DNA of 64,000 nucleotides from Candidatus Aenigmatarchaeota archaeon (GCA_018920345.1 JAHLMN010000009.1:23420-87419); one strand, 5' to 3'; shown: positions 36,895 to 47,104, numbered from the stretch's first letter. Made by a program: numbers and translations. The notes: generated by a model not told the origin, from the sequence alone.

Positions 36895-37773
36895 ATGAAA
36901 AAAATCTTTATTGTCTTGGTTCTACTTTTGCTAGCAATATTTTTTTTAAAATATTCTTTTTCACAAACTCCAAAAATAACATGTTCAATTGAAACAAGTT
37001 GTAGCTATACAGGAGTTTTTAGAATATCAGATTTGACAGATGCTCACGCAGAATTAATAACACAAACAAATTATCCTTATGTTGTTTGTTGCAGAATAGA
37101 TGGTGCAAGCTTATCTGTTTCACAAGAAATATCGGGTGGATTTATTGGTCTATCTAATCCAACAGATGCTCATGTTGAGGCAGGTAGCCAAAACAATTAT
37201 GGTTACCACTTGGAATTTAATCCTTCATATGGAAGTATTTTTTGTGAAGTTTCAGATTCATGTGAAAATTATGATACTTGTCTAGTTTCTATTTCAGATT
37301 TAACAGATGCTCATGTTGGAGATTGTACTACAAATCCATATCAGAAAAAAATTTGTTGCTCTTTTGGTTCGCTTGAAATTAACATTAATTTAAACGCTTC
37401 AAAAGTTGAATGGAATGGTGGACTAAAAGTTTGGGGAAAGACTACAAAAAACGGAGCTCCGCTTCAAAATGCAGATGTTTTTGTATTTATTAATAATGAA
37501 TTGTATTGTCAAATAAAAACAAATTCTTCTGGAGATTATGCTTGTGAATTTAACATAAAAAGAAATAGAATAGGTCAGTTTATTGTTTTTGCTAAAGTAA
37601 TAGATCCAAGTAATTTAAAAGAAAAAATATCATATTCAACAATAAATGTTTTTATTGATTTTGGATTCAAAGAAAAAGGAAAAAACATAGTATGTGAAGA
37701 TATCAAAAAACTAATTCAAAATCCTGATGGATCAATAGAAGAAGCCAATGTAAAAATATGTACTTGGAAGTGA
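36895..37773 (+). CDS. Secreted protein with three TDAH-motif Cys repeats and a CarboxypepD_reg-like beta-sandwich domain
   Basis: Signal peptide. Repeats DLTDAHAE.../NPTDAHVE.../DLTDAHVG... each followed by CC. C-terminal ADVFVFINNELYCQIKTNSSGDYACEF. Confidence 0.5.
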   Translation: MKKIFIVLVLLLLAIFFLKYSFSQTPKITCSIETSCSYTGVFRISDLTDAHAELITQTNYPYVVCCRIDGASLSVSQEISGGFIGLSNPTDAHVEAGSQNNYGYHLEFNPSYGSIFCEVSDSCENYDTCLVSISDLTDAHVGDCTTNPYQKKICCSFGSLEININLNASKVEWNGGLKVWGKTTKNGAPLQNADVFVFINNELYCQIKTNSSGDYACEFNIKRNRIGQFIVFAKVIDPSNLKEKISYSTINVFIDFGFKEKGKNIVCEDIKKLIQNPDGSIEEANVKICTWK

Positions 37774-37778
37774 AATAA

Positions 37779-39017
37779 ATGAATTGGTTTGAGTTTATGT
37801 TTGCAAGTTTTATTTTCTTAATTTTTTTTATTTTTATTTTAATATTATTTTCCAACAAATTCTCCAATTATATTGACGAATTAAGATCAACAGAATCAAA
37901 AAAAATTTCAGAATCTATAAACAATATTTTGAATAGTCCTGGCTATCCTGAAGACTGGGAAAAAAATAATATAACACCTGTATCACTTGGTTTTATTGAA
38001 AAAATATATTTTAGACCATTAATAACTCTGAATACTAATAATAGAAGCCAAGATATTATTAGTTTAAATATTAATTTTGATTATAATTGTCAAAAAAATA
38101 TAGATAATAAAAGCATTCGAATATTTGATGATAAAAATAATGAAATTAATTACACAATTTTTGATGCAAACTACTGTTATGGCAATTATTTAAAAAATGC
38201 TACTATAGTTTTTTTTGATTTTTTAAACGAAACAAAAAAATATTATATTTATTATTCTTCTAATGATCTTTTAGAAAAAAATTATTCAATAAATTCTAGT
38301 TTAGTTGCATACTGGTCTTTTGATGATTTAGACTATATTGCTCGTGACAAGACTCCAAATAAAAATCATGGTATTATTTTTAATCCAGTACATGTTTTAG
38401 GTAAATATGGAAATGCATTAAATTTTTCAGAAAATAGTTTTGTCAATATTAGTGAAAACAAAAACCTGAATAACAGTAAATTTTCTATAGAGTTTTGGAT
38501 AAAAATTTTAGATTTTGGTCAAGCAAAAATAATAGAAAAATACAATTCTTATGGGGTTAAAATAGATAATGATAAAATAAAAGGATATATAGTTGGTATG
38601 CCTGATGAATATGAACCTATGTCTTATTCTCTACAATCAAATAAATGGTATCATATAGTTTTTTCTTCTGATGGTTTTAATCATAAAATATATGTAGATG
38701 GAATACTTTTTAATCAAACAAACTATAATTCACCAGTACCAGAAATATCTGGAGTATTGTCTATTGGATCAGATTATAATGGTCAAAATAATTTTCATGG
38801 AATTATAGATGAAATAAGAATTTACTCAGATGTTTTAACAGATAATGATGTGTTAATTGCAAATAAATCTGAACCAATTAAATTTATTTTAAATCCTGAA
38901 ATTCAGAATGATGTAATTTCTGTTAGGAAAATTGAAGCAGCCAAAAATATAAGTCTCAACGAAATAAGTAAAATTTTGGGAGAAAATTACAAGTTCTATA
39001 TTGAGGTGTATAAATGA
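37779..39017 (+). CDS. Membrane-anchored LamG (concanavalin A-like lectin/glucanase) domain protein
   Basis: N-terminal hydrophobic anchor. Asn-rich region. Laminin_G_3-like motifs (LVAYWSFDD...GNALNFSENSFV...WYHIVFSSDG...IYVDG...IDEIRIYSDVLTDNDV). Confidence 0.55.
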   Translation: MNWFEFMFASFIFLIFFIFILILFSNKFSNYIDELRSTESKKISESINNILNSPGYPEDWEKNNITPVSLGFIEKIYFRPLITLNTNNRSQDIISLNINFDYNCQKNIDNKSIRIFDDKNNEINYTIFDANYCYGNYLKNATIVFFDFLNETKKYYIYYSSNDLLEKNYSINSSLVAYWSFDDLDYIARDKTPNKNHGIIFNPVHVLGKYGNALNFSENSFVNISENKNLNNSKFSIEFWIKILDFGQAKIIEKYNSYGVKIDNDKIKGYIVGMPDEYEPMSYSLQSNKWYHIVFSSDGFNHKIYVDGILFNQTNYNSPVPEISGVLSIGSDYNGQNNFHGIIDEIRIYSDVLTDNDVLIANKSEPIKFILNPEIQNDVISVRKIEAAKNISLNEISKILGENYKFYIEVYK

Positions 39018-39397
39018 AAGGAATTAATTTTATGATAGAATTGGCAATTTCAATATTGTTATTGTCAATATCATTGTTTTTTATATACAAAAGTTATAAT
39101 AAAGTTGATGTTTTAAGCAAATATAAATTTGAAACTTTTTATGCTTTAAAACATCTTGATGAGCAAAACGAATTAAGATATTATGCTGTAAGAGATGATT
39201 GGAGTAAAATAAATTCAAGTTTATCAAATATTTTAGAAAACAAGTTTAATTTTTATGTTGTCATTTTTAACAAAACAATAAATACGACTAATATCCCAGA
39301 AATAGAAAGTAATAATATTGGTATAGTCGATTATCACATATCCGGCGATTTTGGTTATTATTCTCCGAGAATAATAAAGGTGTTTATATGGGAATAA
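39014..39397 (+). CDS. Type IV pilin-like protein (class III signal peptide)
   Basis: MKG|INFMIELAISILLLSISLFFIY is a short charged leader, Gly, then a hydrophobic helix with Glu. Confidence 0.45.
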   Translation: MKGINFMIELAISILLLSISLFFIYKSYNKVDVLSKYKFETFYALKHLDEQNELRYYAVRDDWSKINSSLSNILENKFNFYVVIFNKTINTTNIPEIESNNIGIVDYHISGDFGYYSPRIIKVFIWE

Positions 39398-39990
39398 AAG
39401 GTCAAGTTTTTTTGATATCTACAATAATAATTATTGTTATTTTGACTATAATTGAGTTAAATTTTTTCAATTTTTATATATTAAATCAAAAAAGTAGCGA
39501 GATTTATAGTTATGAAAAAGATTATATATATAATATTGAAAAAGAAATTTTTTTATCATGCTCAATTTCTAATGAAAATTCTTTAGAAAATTTTATTGAT
39601 TTTTTGAATATTGAAAAAAATTTTCTTTATTCTAAAAATTATGATTTTAATTCATTTTTTACTTTTGTCTCATACAAGTCAAATAATTATAACAAAATAA
39701 ATGTAACTTTAATAAATTACATGAATAAAGATTTTAATGTTGAAATTTATATAAACTCAACGCCTGAGCAGTCAGATAGCATTTCTTTGCAAAAGAATAA
39801 TATATATAGTAAATTATTTGATATAGATCCAGAAAAAGATTATATTTTAACAATAAAATATCTAGAAGAATTTAATATGAGTATTAGTTTTAAAGAAAAT
39901 GATGCTATATTTGTTTTTGGTGATATTAACATTTCATCTGAAAATATCAATTATATAGATAAATTACAAAAAACATATTATTTTACATGA
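39388..39990 (+). CDS. Type IV pilin-like protein (class III signal peptide, KGQ motif)
   Basis: MGIKGQ|VFLISTIIIIVILTII matches archaeal prepilin KG/Q cleavage context. Asn-rich. Confidence 0.45.
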   Translation: MGIKGQVFLISTIIIIVILTIIELNFFNFYILNQKSSEIYSYEKDYIYNIEKEIFLSCSISNENSLENFIDFLNIEKNFLYSKNYDFNSFFTFVSYKSNNYNKINVTLINYMNKDFNVEIYINSTPEQSDSISLQKNNIYSKLFDIDPEKDYILTIKYLEEFNMSISFKENDAIFVFGDINISSENINYIDKLQKTYYFT

Positions 39991-40469
39991 AAACTTTGAA
40001 AGGTTTAAACGAATTTCTATCTATATCTATAATTTTAGCATTATCTATTTCTGCTATAGTAATATCTATAGAATTTATAAAACCTATTATGGAAAAATCT
40101 TATGATAATTTTATAATAAATGAAGCCTTTTCGAATCTCAATTCATTATCTAATACAATAAAAGAAATCTCTTCCGAAAGTCAAGGATCTAAAAGAACAG
40201 TAAATATAAAAGTAACAAAAGGTTTTTATGTTTTTGATGAAAACACAGATACAATAAATTTTACATATAATTTAGGTAGTGATCTTAACTTTTCAGGATA
40301 TAGGGATGGGATAAACATAAGTACTAAAAATGGACAAGTATATATGTTTACTAAAATAGAAAAAATTGACTTTTTAAATAGATTTTATTTAGTTTCTGGA
40401 AGTAACTTATTTTCTTTGAATTATGATAGTTTTGACGGAAATGTAATAAAAATATCTATTTCTACATAA
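39987..40469 (+). CDS. Type IV pilin-like protein (class III signal peptide)
   Basis: MKTLKG|LNEFLSISIILALSISAIV. Third consecutive pilin-like N-terminus. Confidence 0.4.
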   Translation: MKTLKGLNEFLSISIILALSISAIVISIEFIKPIMEKSYDNFIINEAFSNLNSLSNTIKEISSESQGSKRTVNIKVTKGFYVFDENTDTINFTYNLGSDLNFSGYRDGINISTKNGQVYMFTKIEKIDFLNRFYLVSGSNLFSLNYDSFDGNVIKISIST

Positions 40470-40513
40470 TTTTATAGAAAATAATAAATAGTGAAATATA
40501 GCATAATAAAATG

Positions 40514-40648
40514 TATGGCTGTTTGGAAAAATATAAAATGCCCTAGATGCGGAAAACCCAATGAAAGAAGTGTTTTAAACAAAAGAAATGGTTCTTGTAT
40601 GTATTGTGGTTTTAAAATTGCATCTAATCTTAATGGTTTTGCAAAATA
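40514..40648 (+). CDS. Small zinc-ribbon protein (44 aa)
   Basis: Manual translation MAVWKNIKCPRCGKPNERSVLNKRNGSCMYCGFKIASNLNGFAK (CxxC…CxxC). Confidence 0.3.
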
Positions 40649-40748
40649 AGTTATTCTTTACCGAAATTCTTTTAGAATATTAAAAATATCTTTATAGGAT
40701 GTTTAGAGATTATGAAGATGAATGGGAATGGGATGAAGACGAAGATTT

Positions 40749-40922
40749 TTAACCAAACATACTAAAAATATTTGATTCGCTGTTGCTATTATTTTTGCAA
40801 TCCAAGCATATCCACTCATTTTTAGATTTTTTAAGGCATTTGTGACATCCCATTTTTCCGCATTTGTCACATTCCCTTATTTCTATAGTAGGGCTGTTGC
40901 AATTAGGACAATAAAGTGCCAT
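40749..40922 (-). CDS. Small double zinc-ribbon protein (57 aa)
   Basis: Manual translation MALYCPNCNSP...CDKCGKMGCHKCLKK...WICLDCKNN has four CxxC pairs. Confidence 0.4.
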   Translation of the reverse strand: MALYCPNCNSPTIEIRECDKCGKMGCHKCLKKSKNEWICLDCKNNSNSESNIFSMFG

Positions 40923-40958
40923 TAAGTTAAATATTGAAGCAACAAATTAATAATAATT

Positions 40959-42344
40959 ATGCCCGAAGAAATAGGGTACTCTACAATAGTTAAAAAAAAT
41001 GTTGAAAATAGTGTTAGGGAAGGTTCTTTTAATGCTATAAAAGTAGGTATAGGTGAATCTTATTTCAATGCCTTTGCAATTAAAGCAATAAACGCTTCTC
41101 CTTTCCAAGTAGGTTTATTATCTTCTATTCCATTACTTTTAGGATATTTATCAAATATATTTACAGTAAAAGCAGTAGAAAAATTGAAAAGTAGAAAAAA
41201 ACTTATACTTATTTGCGCTTTAATAAATGCTTTGTGTTTTATACCAATATTTCTTAGTTTTTTCATTAAAGGTTATGAGTTTATTTTTCTTTTATTATCT
41301 GTGATTATATATTTTGTTTCTGATTTATTTCTTGTTCCAGCCTGGGTTAGTTTAATGGGTGATATAATACCTGACAGAATAAAAAGTATTTACTTTGGGG
41401 AAAGAAATAAAATAAACAACTTTATAGCATTTACATCTTTGCTTATAGGAGGTTTTATTTTACAATCAGTTTCAGGTTTAAGCCTAATATATTCTTTTGG
41501 GATAATATTTTTTATAGCATTAGTCGCCAAGTTGGCTTCTTTTTATATGTATACAAAAATTTATGAACCTGATTATTTTTTCGATGAAACATTTAAATTT
41601 AGTTTTATTGATTTTTTAAAAAATATTAGAAAAACAAATTTTGGAATTTTTGTAATATTTATGTGTTTTTTCACTTTTTCGTATAGAATAGCTTCACCTT
41701 ATTTTTCTGTATATATGTTTAACTATTTGGGTTTCGATTATCTTAAATTCACATTAATAAGTGCGTCTAGTGCTTTAGCAACTATACTGAGTATGCCTGC
41801 TTGGGGAAAATATATAGATGAATATGGTAACAGAAAAATAATGGCATTAACAGCTTTCTGTATACCTCTTATACCTTTGCTTTGGATGCTTTCAAAAGAT
41901 TTTATGTATTTGATAATTGTTGAACTATTTTCTGGTTTTGTTTGGGCTGGCTTTAATCTTTCAACATTTAATTTTGTTTTTTATTCAACATCATCTGAAA
42001 AAAGATCTATAGCTTATTCTTATTATAACATTTTACTTGGTGTATCAATATTTTTAGGTACAATGACAGGTGGTTTACTCATAGAAAAAATAAAACTATT
42101 TAATATACCTATATTTAATGTCTTCATAATTTCTACTATATTGAGATTTCTTTCAGCATATTTTTTTGTTTCTAAAATAAAAGAACCTGTAAAAAAGAAG
42201 GATATAAGCTATTCAAAATTATTTTTAAATGCTTCTTTTGTAGAAATTTGGAAATCTCTACATAACATAAACATAATGAAGTTAAAAGCAAAAAGAAAAT
42301 CTTTCTTTGAAAGACTAATAGAAGAATTAGAAGATATTAAATAG
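40959..42344 (+). CDS. MFS transporter (12 TM)
   Basis: 461 aa with about 12 hydrophobic segments in an MFS-like arrangement. Confidence 0.7.
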   Translation: MPEEIGYSTIVKKNVENSVREGSFNAIKVGIGESYFNAFAIKAINASPFQVGLLSSIPLLLGYLSNIFTVKAVEKLKSRKKLILICALINALCFIPIFLSFFIKGYEFIFLLLSVIIYFVSDLFLVPAWVSLMGDIIPDRIKSIYFGERNKINNFIAFTSLLIGGFILQSVSGLSLIYSFGIIFFIALVAKLASFYMYTKIYEPDYFFDETFKFSFIDFLKNIRKTNFGIFVIFMCFFTFSYRIASPYFSVYMFNYLGFDYLKFTLISASSALATILSMPAWGKYIDEYGNRKIMALTAFCIPLIPLLWMLSKDFMYLIIVELFSGFVWAGFNLSTFNFVFYSTSSEKRSIAYSYYNILLGVSIFLGTMTGGLLIEKIKLFNIPIFNVFIISTILRFLSAYFFVSKIKEPVKKKDISYSKLFLNASFVEIWKSLHNINIMKLKAKRKSFFERLIEELEDIK

Positions 42345-42430
42345 TGCAGGAGGCAGGATTTGAACCTGCGTATCCACTAAGGAACCAGCTCCTAAGGCTG
42401 GCGCCATTGACCAGGCTAGGCGACTCCTGC
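42345..42430 (-). tRNA. tRNA-Leu (UAG)
   Basis: Acceptor GCAGGAG/CTCCTGC. Anticodon arm CCAGC-CTTAGGA-GCTGG. Long variable arm. T-arm GCAGG-TTCAAAT-CCTGC. Confidence 0.85.
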
Positions 42431-42470
42431 TTTGAAATAATATAAAATTCATTAAGATATTATAACTTTA

Positions 42471-43370
42471 TCAAGCTAACTTTATTTTGTTCTTTTTAAA
42501 TTCCTTAATAATTTCCTTTAATAAATCAGAAGCTATTTCGTCTTTCTTTGATATATCAACCGTTCTTACCCAAACCTCAAGAGACATTTTTGAGCCGGCA
42601 ATTGATTTTATCAAGACCTTTGGCATAAATGGAGTCAAATCTGTACCAGACTCGGTTATTTTATGGAATTTTTCAGCCAAATATTCTATTCTTGGTATTT
42701 TTCCTTTTTCAACAATTTCATCTAAAATATTTCTTTTTTTTGGTATATTTGGTAAAACATAAGGATGTTTTCTACAAACATCATTTATTATTTTTTCAAT
42801 TTTCTCAAAATTTGTGTCTGCAGGAACTTCTAAATTAAATGTAACTTTAACAAATTCTCCTTTTGTATAATTTATTATGTTTGTTGTTATTAGATTAGAG
42901 TTAGGTGCATAGAAAATTGAGCCATCATATCTTCTTAACACGGTTCTTAAAAGTGTTATATCTTTTACTCTTGATAACCCGGCTTGTGGAAAACCACCTA
43001 ATTCAACCCAATCACCAAGCCTTACTGGTCTTTCTATAGCTATTATAATTCCGGCTATTATATTTTGAAAGGTTTGTTGCGCTGATAAACCTATTATTAT
43101 TGTAGCTATACCAGCAGCTGTCCAAACACTAGATAAATTCAGACCTAAAATTTGATTGAAAATGAAATAAAAACCTATAAAATATATTAAGTAGTTAACT
43201 AATCTAGAAAATGTTTTTGAAAAGTTTTTATTTATTTTTTCATCCAAAATTCTTCTCATAAAAAAGTAAACAGCATTGCCAATTGTTATTGTAATTAAAG
43301 ATAGAATTATAGAAATAATTATGCTTTCTGTTGAAACTTGTCCTATATATTTGCTAATATCTTCTGACAT
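42471..43370 (-). CDS. Small-conductance mechanosensitive channel (MscS family)
   Basis: TM3/beta-domain signature AAGIATIIIGLSAQQTFQNIIAGIIIAIERPVRLGDWVEL. Confidence 0.8.
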   Translation of the reverse strand: MSEDISKYIGQVSTESIIISIILSLITITIGNAVYFFMRRILDEKINKNFSKTFSRLVNYLIYFIGFYFIFNQILGLNLSSVWTAAGIATIIIGLSAQQTFQNIIAGIIIAIERPVRLGDWVELGGFPQAGLSRVKDITLLRTVLRRYDGSIFYAPNSNLITTNIINYTKGEFVKVTFNLEVPADTNFEKIEKIINDVCRKHPYVLPNIPKKRNILDEIVEKGKIPRIEYLAEKFHKITESGTDLTPFMPKVLIKSIAGSKMSLEVWVRTVDISKKDEIASDLLKEIIKEFKKNKIKLA

Positions 43371-43429
43371 CCTATATTGTTTATTGTTAAGACTAAATAA
43401 ATTTATTTCAAAAAATCAATTTTTTTTAT

Positions 43430-43849
43430 ATGGCAAGTGAATTCATGTTTATTATAAAATTATTACTTTCAGCTTTTCTTGGTGGTGTTATAGGATATGA
43501 AAGAGAAAAAACACATAGACCAGCAGGTTTGAGAACACATATGATTGTTTGTGTCTCTGCATGTCTCGCTAGCTTAATTGGAATTTATTCATTTGAAGAC
43601 AATGATCCTTTTAGAATATCTGCTAATATTATAACAGGTATAGGTTTTATAGGAGCAGGGACTATAATAGCAAATTCGGCAAATGTTAAAGGTGTAACTA
43701 CAGCTGCAACTATATTTTCTGTTGCATGCATAGGTATAGCGGTTTCAGTGGGATTTTATATAACTGCTATTTTTACTACTCTTCTTATTTTTGGTGTTTT
43801 AAAGCTTAAAAGTATTGAAAATAAAGATTTTAGATTTTTAAAATATTAA
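43430..43849 (+). CDS. MgtC/SapB family membrane protein
   Basis: AFLGGVIGYEREKTHRPAGLRTHMIVCVSACL MgtC signature. Confidence 0.75.
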   Translation: MASEFMFIIKLLLSAFLGGVIGYEREKTHRPAGLRTHMIVCVSACLASLIGIYSFEDNDPFRISANIITGIGFIGAGTIIANSANVKGVTTAATIFSVACIGIAVSVGFYITAIFTTLLIFGVLKLKSIENKDFRFLKY

Positions 43850-44003
43850 AATCTTTTTTTATTTATTTAAATAGATTTTATTCTTTTTTAATATGAAATA
43901 AGCCTTTATTTTTCTTTAAAAAAAGGTATAAATACTTGCTCTGTACCATAATACAATAGAGGAAGAACAAAAATGGATGATATACCTAGGCAATTAATAA
44001 AAG

Positions 44004-44567
44004 GTGTTAGAAATGAGAAGAGAGATAAAGCTATTGCTCTTTGTAGAGTTTTTGATAGCCATAGGCCTAGGTATGCTTGGTCCTTATTATGCAATATATG
44101 TTGAAAAAATAGCTCATGACACTTCAGTTGTAGGCTATTCTTATGCCGCTTTTTGGATTACTGTTGGCTTACTAAGTCCTTTGTTTGGAAAACTAGCCGA
44201 TAAGAAAAGTAAAAGTATATTTTTGCTAATAGGAGGTTCTCTATCTTTTATAGTCTCATTGCTATATGGTATCGTTTCAAGTGTTTATCAGCTTATAATT
44301 GTTGAAATTTTTAATGGTATAGCTACGGCTTGTTTTAGTCCTGCTTATAGAGCAATCACAGCAGAAATAACATCAAAAAAGAATAGAGGATTTGAATATG
44401 GTTTACTTGATAGTATTTCATACATAACTTATGGTTTAGCTGCTATATTAGCAACATTTGTTTTCACTTATCTTGGTGCAACTGCATTATTTATATTTTC
44501 TGGCTCTTTTCAACTAGCGTCAAGTATACTTTTAACCAAAAAGATATCTCTTATAAAAAGTAGATAA
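44004..44567 (+). CDS. Half-size (6-TM) MFS-like membrane protein
   Basis: GMLGPYYAIYVE, motif A-like GKLADKKSKS and six TM segments only (187 aa). Paralog of the disrupted gene at 11770-12332. Confidence 0.5.
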   Translation: MLEMRREIKLLLFVEFLIAIGLGMLGPYYAIYVEKIAHDTSVVGYSYAAFWITVGLLSPLFGKLADKKSKSIFLLIGGSLSFIVSLLYGIVSSVYQLIIVEIFNGIATACFSPAYRAITAEITSKKNRGFEYGLLDSISYITYGLAAILATFVFTYLGATALFIFSGSFQLASSILLTKKISLIKSR

Positions 44568-44600
44568 AATTAGAATTTTATAAAAAAGAAAAAAAACATT

Positions 44601-44906
44601 TTAACCAAACAAACTTGCCAATCCACTAACAGCCTCTTCTGCTTCTTTAGATTTATCTTCTGCTGGTGCTTCTTTCTTTTCTTGCTTAGCTTCAGCTGGT
44701 GCTGCTGCTGGTGCTGCTACAGCAACAGGCATTGCTGCTTGCTTTATTACTTCATCTATATTTACTCCCTCTAAAGCAGATACTAGAGCTTTTACTTTTG
44801 CATCATCTGGTTTTATTCCAGCACCTTCTATTACTTTCTTTACATTTGCTTCATTTATTTCCTTGCCAGCAGAGTGAAGCAGCAAGGCTGTATATATGTA
44901 CTCCAC
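44601..44906 (-). CDS. rpl12: 50S ribosomal stalk protein L12/P1
   Basis: [20 protein letters not shown]-terminus, Ala/Pro/Glu hinge and C-terminal SGLASLFG. Confidence 0.85.
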   Translation of the reverse strand: MEYIYTALLLHSAGKEINEANVKKVIEGAGIKPDDAKVKALVSALEGVNIDEVIKQAAMPVAVAAPAAAPAEAKQEKKEAPAEDKSKEAEEAVSGLASLFG

Positions 44907-44920
44907 TATTTTACACCTCC

Positions 44921-45760
44921 TTAACTCTGAGATATTTTAGAGCTTAAAGATTTTGCAGCTCTTTCACCTTTAACCAATAAATCTTCTATTATACCTTTAT
45001 CAAGCACATTAGCTTCTAAACCTAATGACTTTGCATGTATAAATGCTTTTTGTAAAAGCATGTTTATGTTATCTTTTGTTGGATATACTATTCCAACTGA
45101 TAGATTTATTGCTTGTTGATAAGCATTTATTAGCTTGATCTTATATTCTTCCTCATTAACAGCCAATAAAGTGCTGTCAAAAACTATTTCATTCTCCCAT
45201 GCAGCCAAAAGATTTATACCCAATTCCATTGGTTGTATCTCTAGCTTTTTCAGCAGATTTGCAAGCTCTGCTGTAATAACTGTTCCTTTTTTAGCTACAA
45301 CAGTATCTTTTGATACATGTATCTTACCTTCCTTAACCATAGCTGGTATTTTTGCTCTTTGTAAATCACCTATAGCAGGGCCGGCTGGTAATTTAGTTGG
45401 ACCTTCTTTTACAACAATATCATAAGGAGCTATATCACCTTCTTTAGCAAAAGTAGGTGTCTTGCTTTTTTCAAAAAGTTTGTATAATTTGAATGGATTT
45501 GTTTTGGCAAAAACTAAAGCAGGTTTCTTAGGATCATAATCATATAGCTTCAATAGATTTTTCATGTTTAATTCAGAAAAAGCCTTTTGAATCAACTTCT
45601 TTTTGTACATTTTTATTATAACTTCTCCTCTCAAGTCCTTTCTTATTGCCTGTAGCTGCTTGGAAGGCATCTTATAAAGGTCAACTATACCTATAACTGG
45701 ATATTTTTTTGCATTCTCTATTATTTCTTTTAGTGCTGCTACTTTTTCCTCTCTTACCAT
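44921..45760 (-). CDS. rpl10: 50S ribosomal protein L10 (acidic P0)
   Basis: 279 aa P0-like protein between L1 and L12. Confidence 0.85.
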   Translation of the reverse strand: MVREEKVAALKEIIENAKKYPVIGIVDLYKMPSKQLQAIRKDLRGEVIIKMYKKKLIQKAFSELNMKNLLKLYDYDPKKPALVFAKTNPFKLYKLFEKSKTPTFAKEGDIAPYDIVVKEGPTKLPAGPAIGDLQRAKIPAMVKEGKIHVSKDTVVAKKGTVITAELANLLKKLEIQPMELGINLLAAWENEIVFDSTLLAVNEEEYKIKLINAYQQAINLSVGIVYPTKDNINMLLQKAFIHAKSLGLEANVLDKGIIEDLLVKGERAAKSLSSKISQS

Positions 45761-45763
45761 TTC

Positions 45764-46417
45764 TTACACCTCGATTTTTACAGGCTTGCTCATTGTAAAT
45801 TTAATGTAAACATTTTTTATGTTGTTTTTTCCTTTAGGTAATCTATGCATTAAATGATCTAAGACAGCTTGTATATTTTCAGCCAAATCATCATCACTCA
45901 TTGCTTCTGTACCAACAAATGTTTGTATACAAGGATGTTTTTTAACAGCTAATCTTACACCTCCTTCAAAGGATTTAATAGCATTATTTACATCCCCTAT
46001 CAATGGTTTTGGCATAAGACCTCTAGGAGCTAGATATTTACCTAGATATTTACCTACTATAGGCATTAGTTTAGGTTCGGCTAAGAAGATATCTGTTTCA
46101 GAAATTACTTTTTTTAGCAGTTTTTTGTCTTTTTCCATAGCTTCTATATCTGCTTGTGTCAAAACCCTATATTTGGTATTTAATTTTTCAGAATGAAATA
46201 TTGTTATTCTTGTAGGCTTACCTGTACCCTTTGGCAATTGAAATATTTCATCTATTTTATTTTCAGATTTATTTGTGTCAAAATCTTTCAAGTTTATAAT
46301 TAAATCTAATGTTTGAGAAAAATTTCTCTTTTTAGAATTTTCCCTTAATTCTTTTATTTTATCTTTTATAGCCATTTCAATCCCTCCTGCTAACGCAGTA
46401 CAAACGGGCTTTAACAC
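45764..46417 (-). CDS. rpl1: 50S ribosomal protein L1
   Basis: L1 fold motifs (FVGTEAMSDDDLAENIQAV). Operon position upstream of L10/L12. Confidence 0.9.
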   Translation of the reverse strand: MLKPVCTALAGGIEMAIKDKIKELRENSKKRNFSQTLDLIINLKDFDTNKSENKIDEIFQLPKGTGKPTRITIFHSEKLNTKYRVLTQADIEAMEKDKKLLKKVISETDIFLAEPKLMPIVGKYLGKYLAPRGLMPKPLIGDVNNAIKSFEGGVRLAVKKHPCIQTFVGTEAMSDDDLAENIQAVLDHLMHRLPKGKNNIKNVYIKFTMSKPVKIEV

Positions 46418-46543
46418 ATTTGTAATTTAATGTTTAAAAATCTATTGGTGTAAGTAAATTTATAGCTTATAAAAAGATTTATATATATTAAAAACATCCA
46501 TGTTGATAATAAATGTGTGGATCCAACTAGGAGGTGAAATGAA

Positions 46544-46888
46544 TTGGCAAGTAAAGAATTAATAAACAAGGTCTTCCAGGCATTAGAGCTAGCAAGAAAC
46601 ACAGGTAAAATAAAAAAAGGTACAAATGAAGTAACAAAAGCTATAGAAAGATCTCAAGCAAAGCTTGTTATTATAGCTGAAGATGTTCAACCAAAAGAAA
46701 TTACAATGCACTTACCTATAATTTGCAATGAAAAAAAATGTCCATTTGTTTATGTACCTTCAAAAGAAGAACTAGGCAGAGCAGCTGGAATAAATGTATC
46801 TACAGCTGCAGCTTGCATAATAGAGCCTGGAGAAGCTAGAGAATTAATAAATGAAATAGTTCAAAGTTTAAAAAGTGGTGAAAAATAA
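46544..46888 (+). CDS. rpl7ae: 50S ribosomal protein L7Ae (K-turn binding)
   Basis: [33 protein letters not shown]...[17 protein letters not shown] is near-consensus L7Ae. Confidence 0.9.
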   Translation: MASKELINKVFQALELARNTGKIKKGTNEVTKAIERSQAKLVIIAEDVQPKEITMHLPIICNEKKCPFVYVPSKEELGRAAGINVSTAAACIIEPGEARELINEIVQSLKSGEK

Positions 46889-46890
46889 AT

Positions 46891-47097
46891 ATGGCTGAAG
46901 AAGCTGTACCTGCAGAAGTTTTAGAATTATTAGGCAGAACTGGAGTTAGAGGTGTGATGACTGTAAGATGCAGAGTTTTAGAAGGAAAAGATAAAGGAAA
47001 GATTTTAACAAGAAATGTCTTTGGTCCAGTGAGAGTAAAAGATATATTGATGTTAAGAGAAACAGAAATGGAATCTGCTGGAAGAATGGAAAGGTAG
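46891..47097 (+). CDS. rps28e: 30S ribosomal protein S28e
   Basis: [25 protein letters not shown]...[16 protein letters not shown]. Confidence 0.85.
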   Translation: MAEEAVPAEVLELLGRTGVRGVMTVRCRVLEGKDKGKILTRNVFGPVRVKDILMLRETEMESAGRMER

Positions 47098-47104
47098 ATA
47101 ATCT

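Noticed and set aside
44699-44947. ORF 44699-44947 (+), Leu/Gln-rich 82 aa
   Set aside because: Antisense shadow of the Ala/Glu-rich L12 stalk gene. Repetitive translation of complementary GCT/GCA codons.
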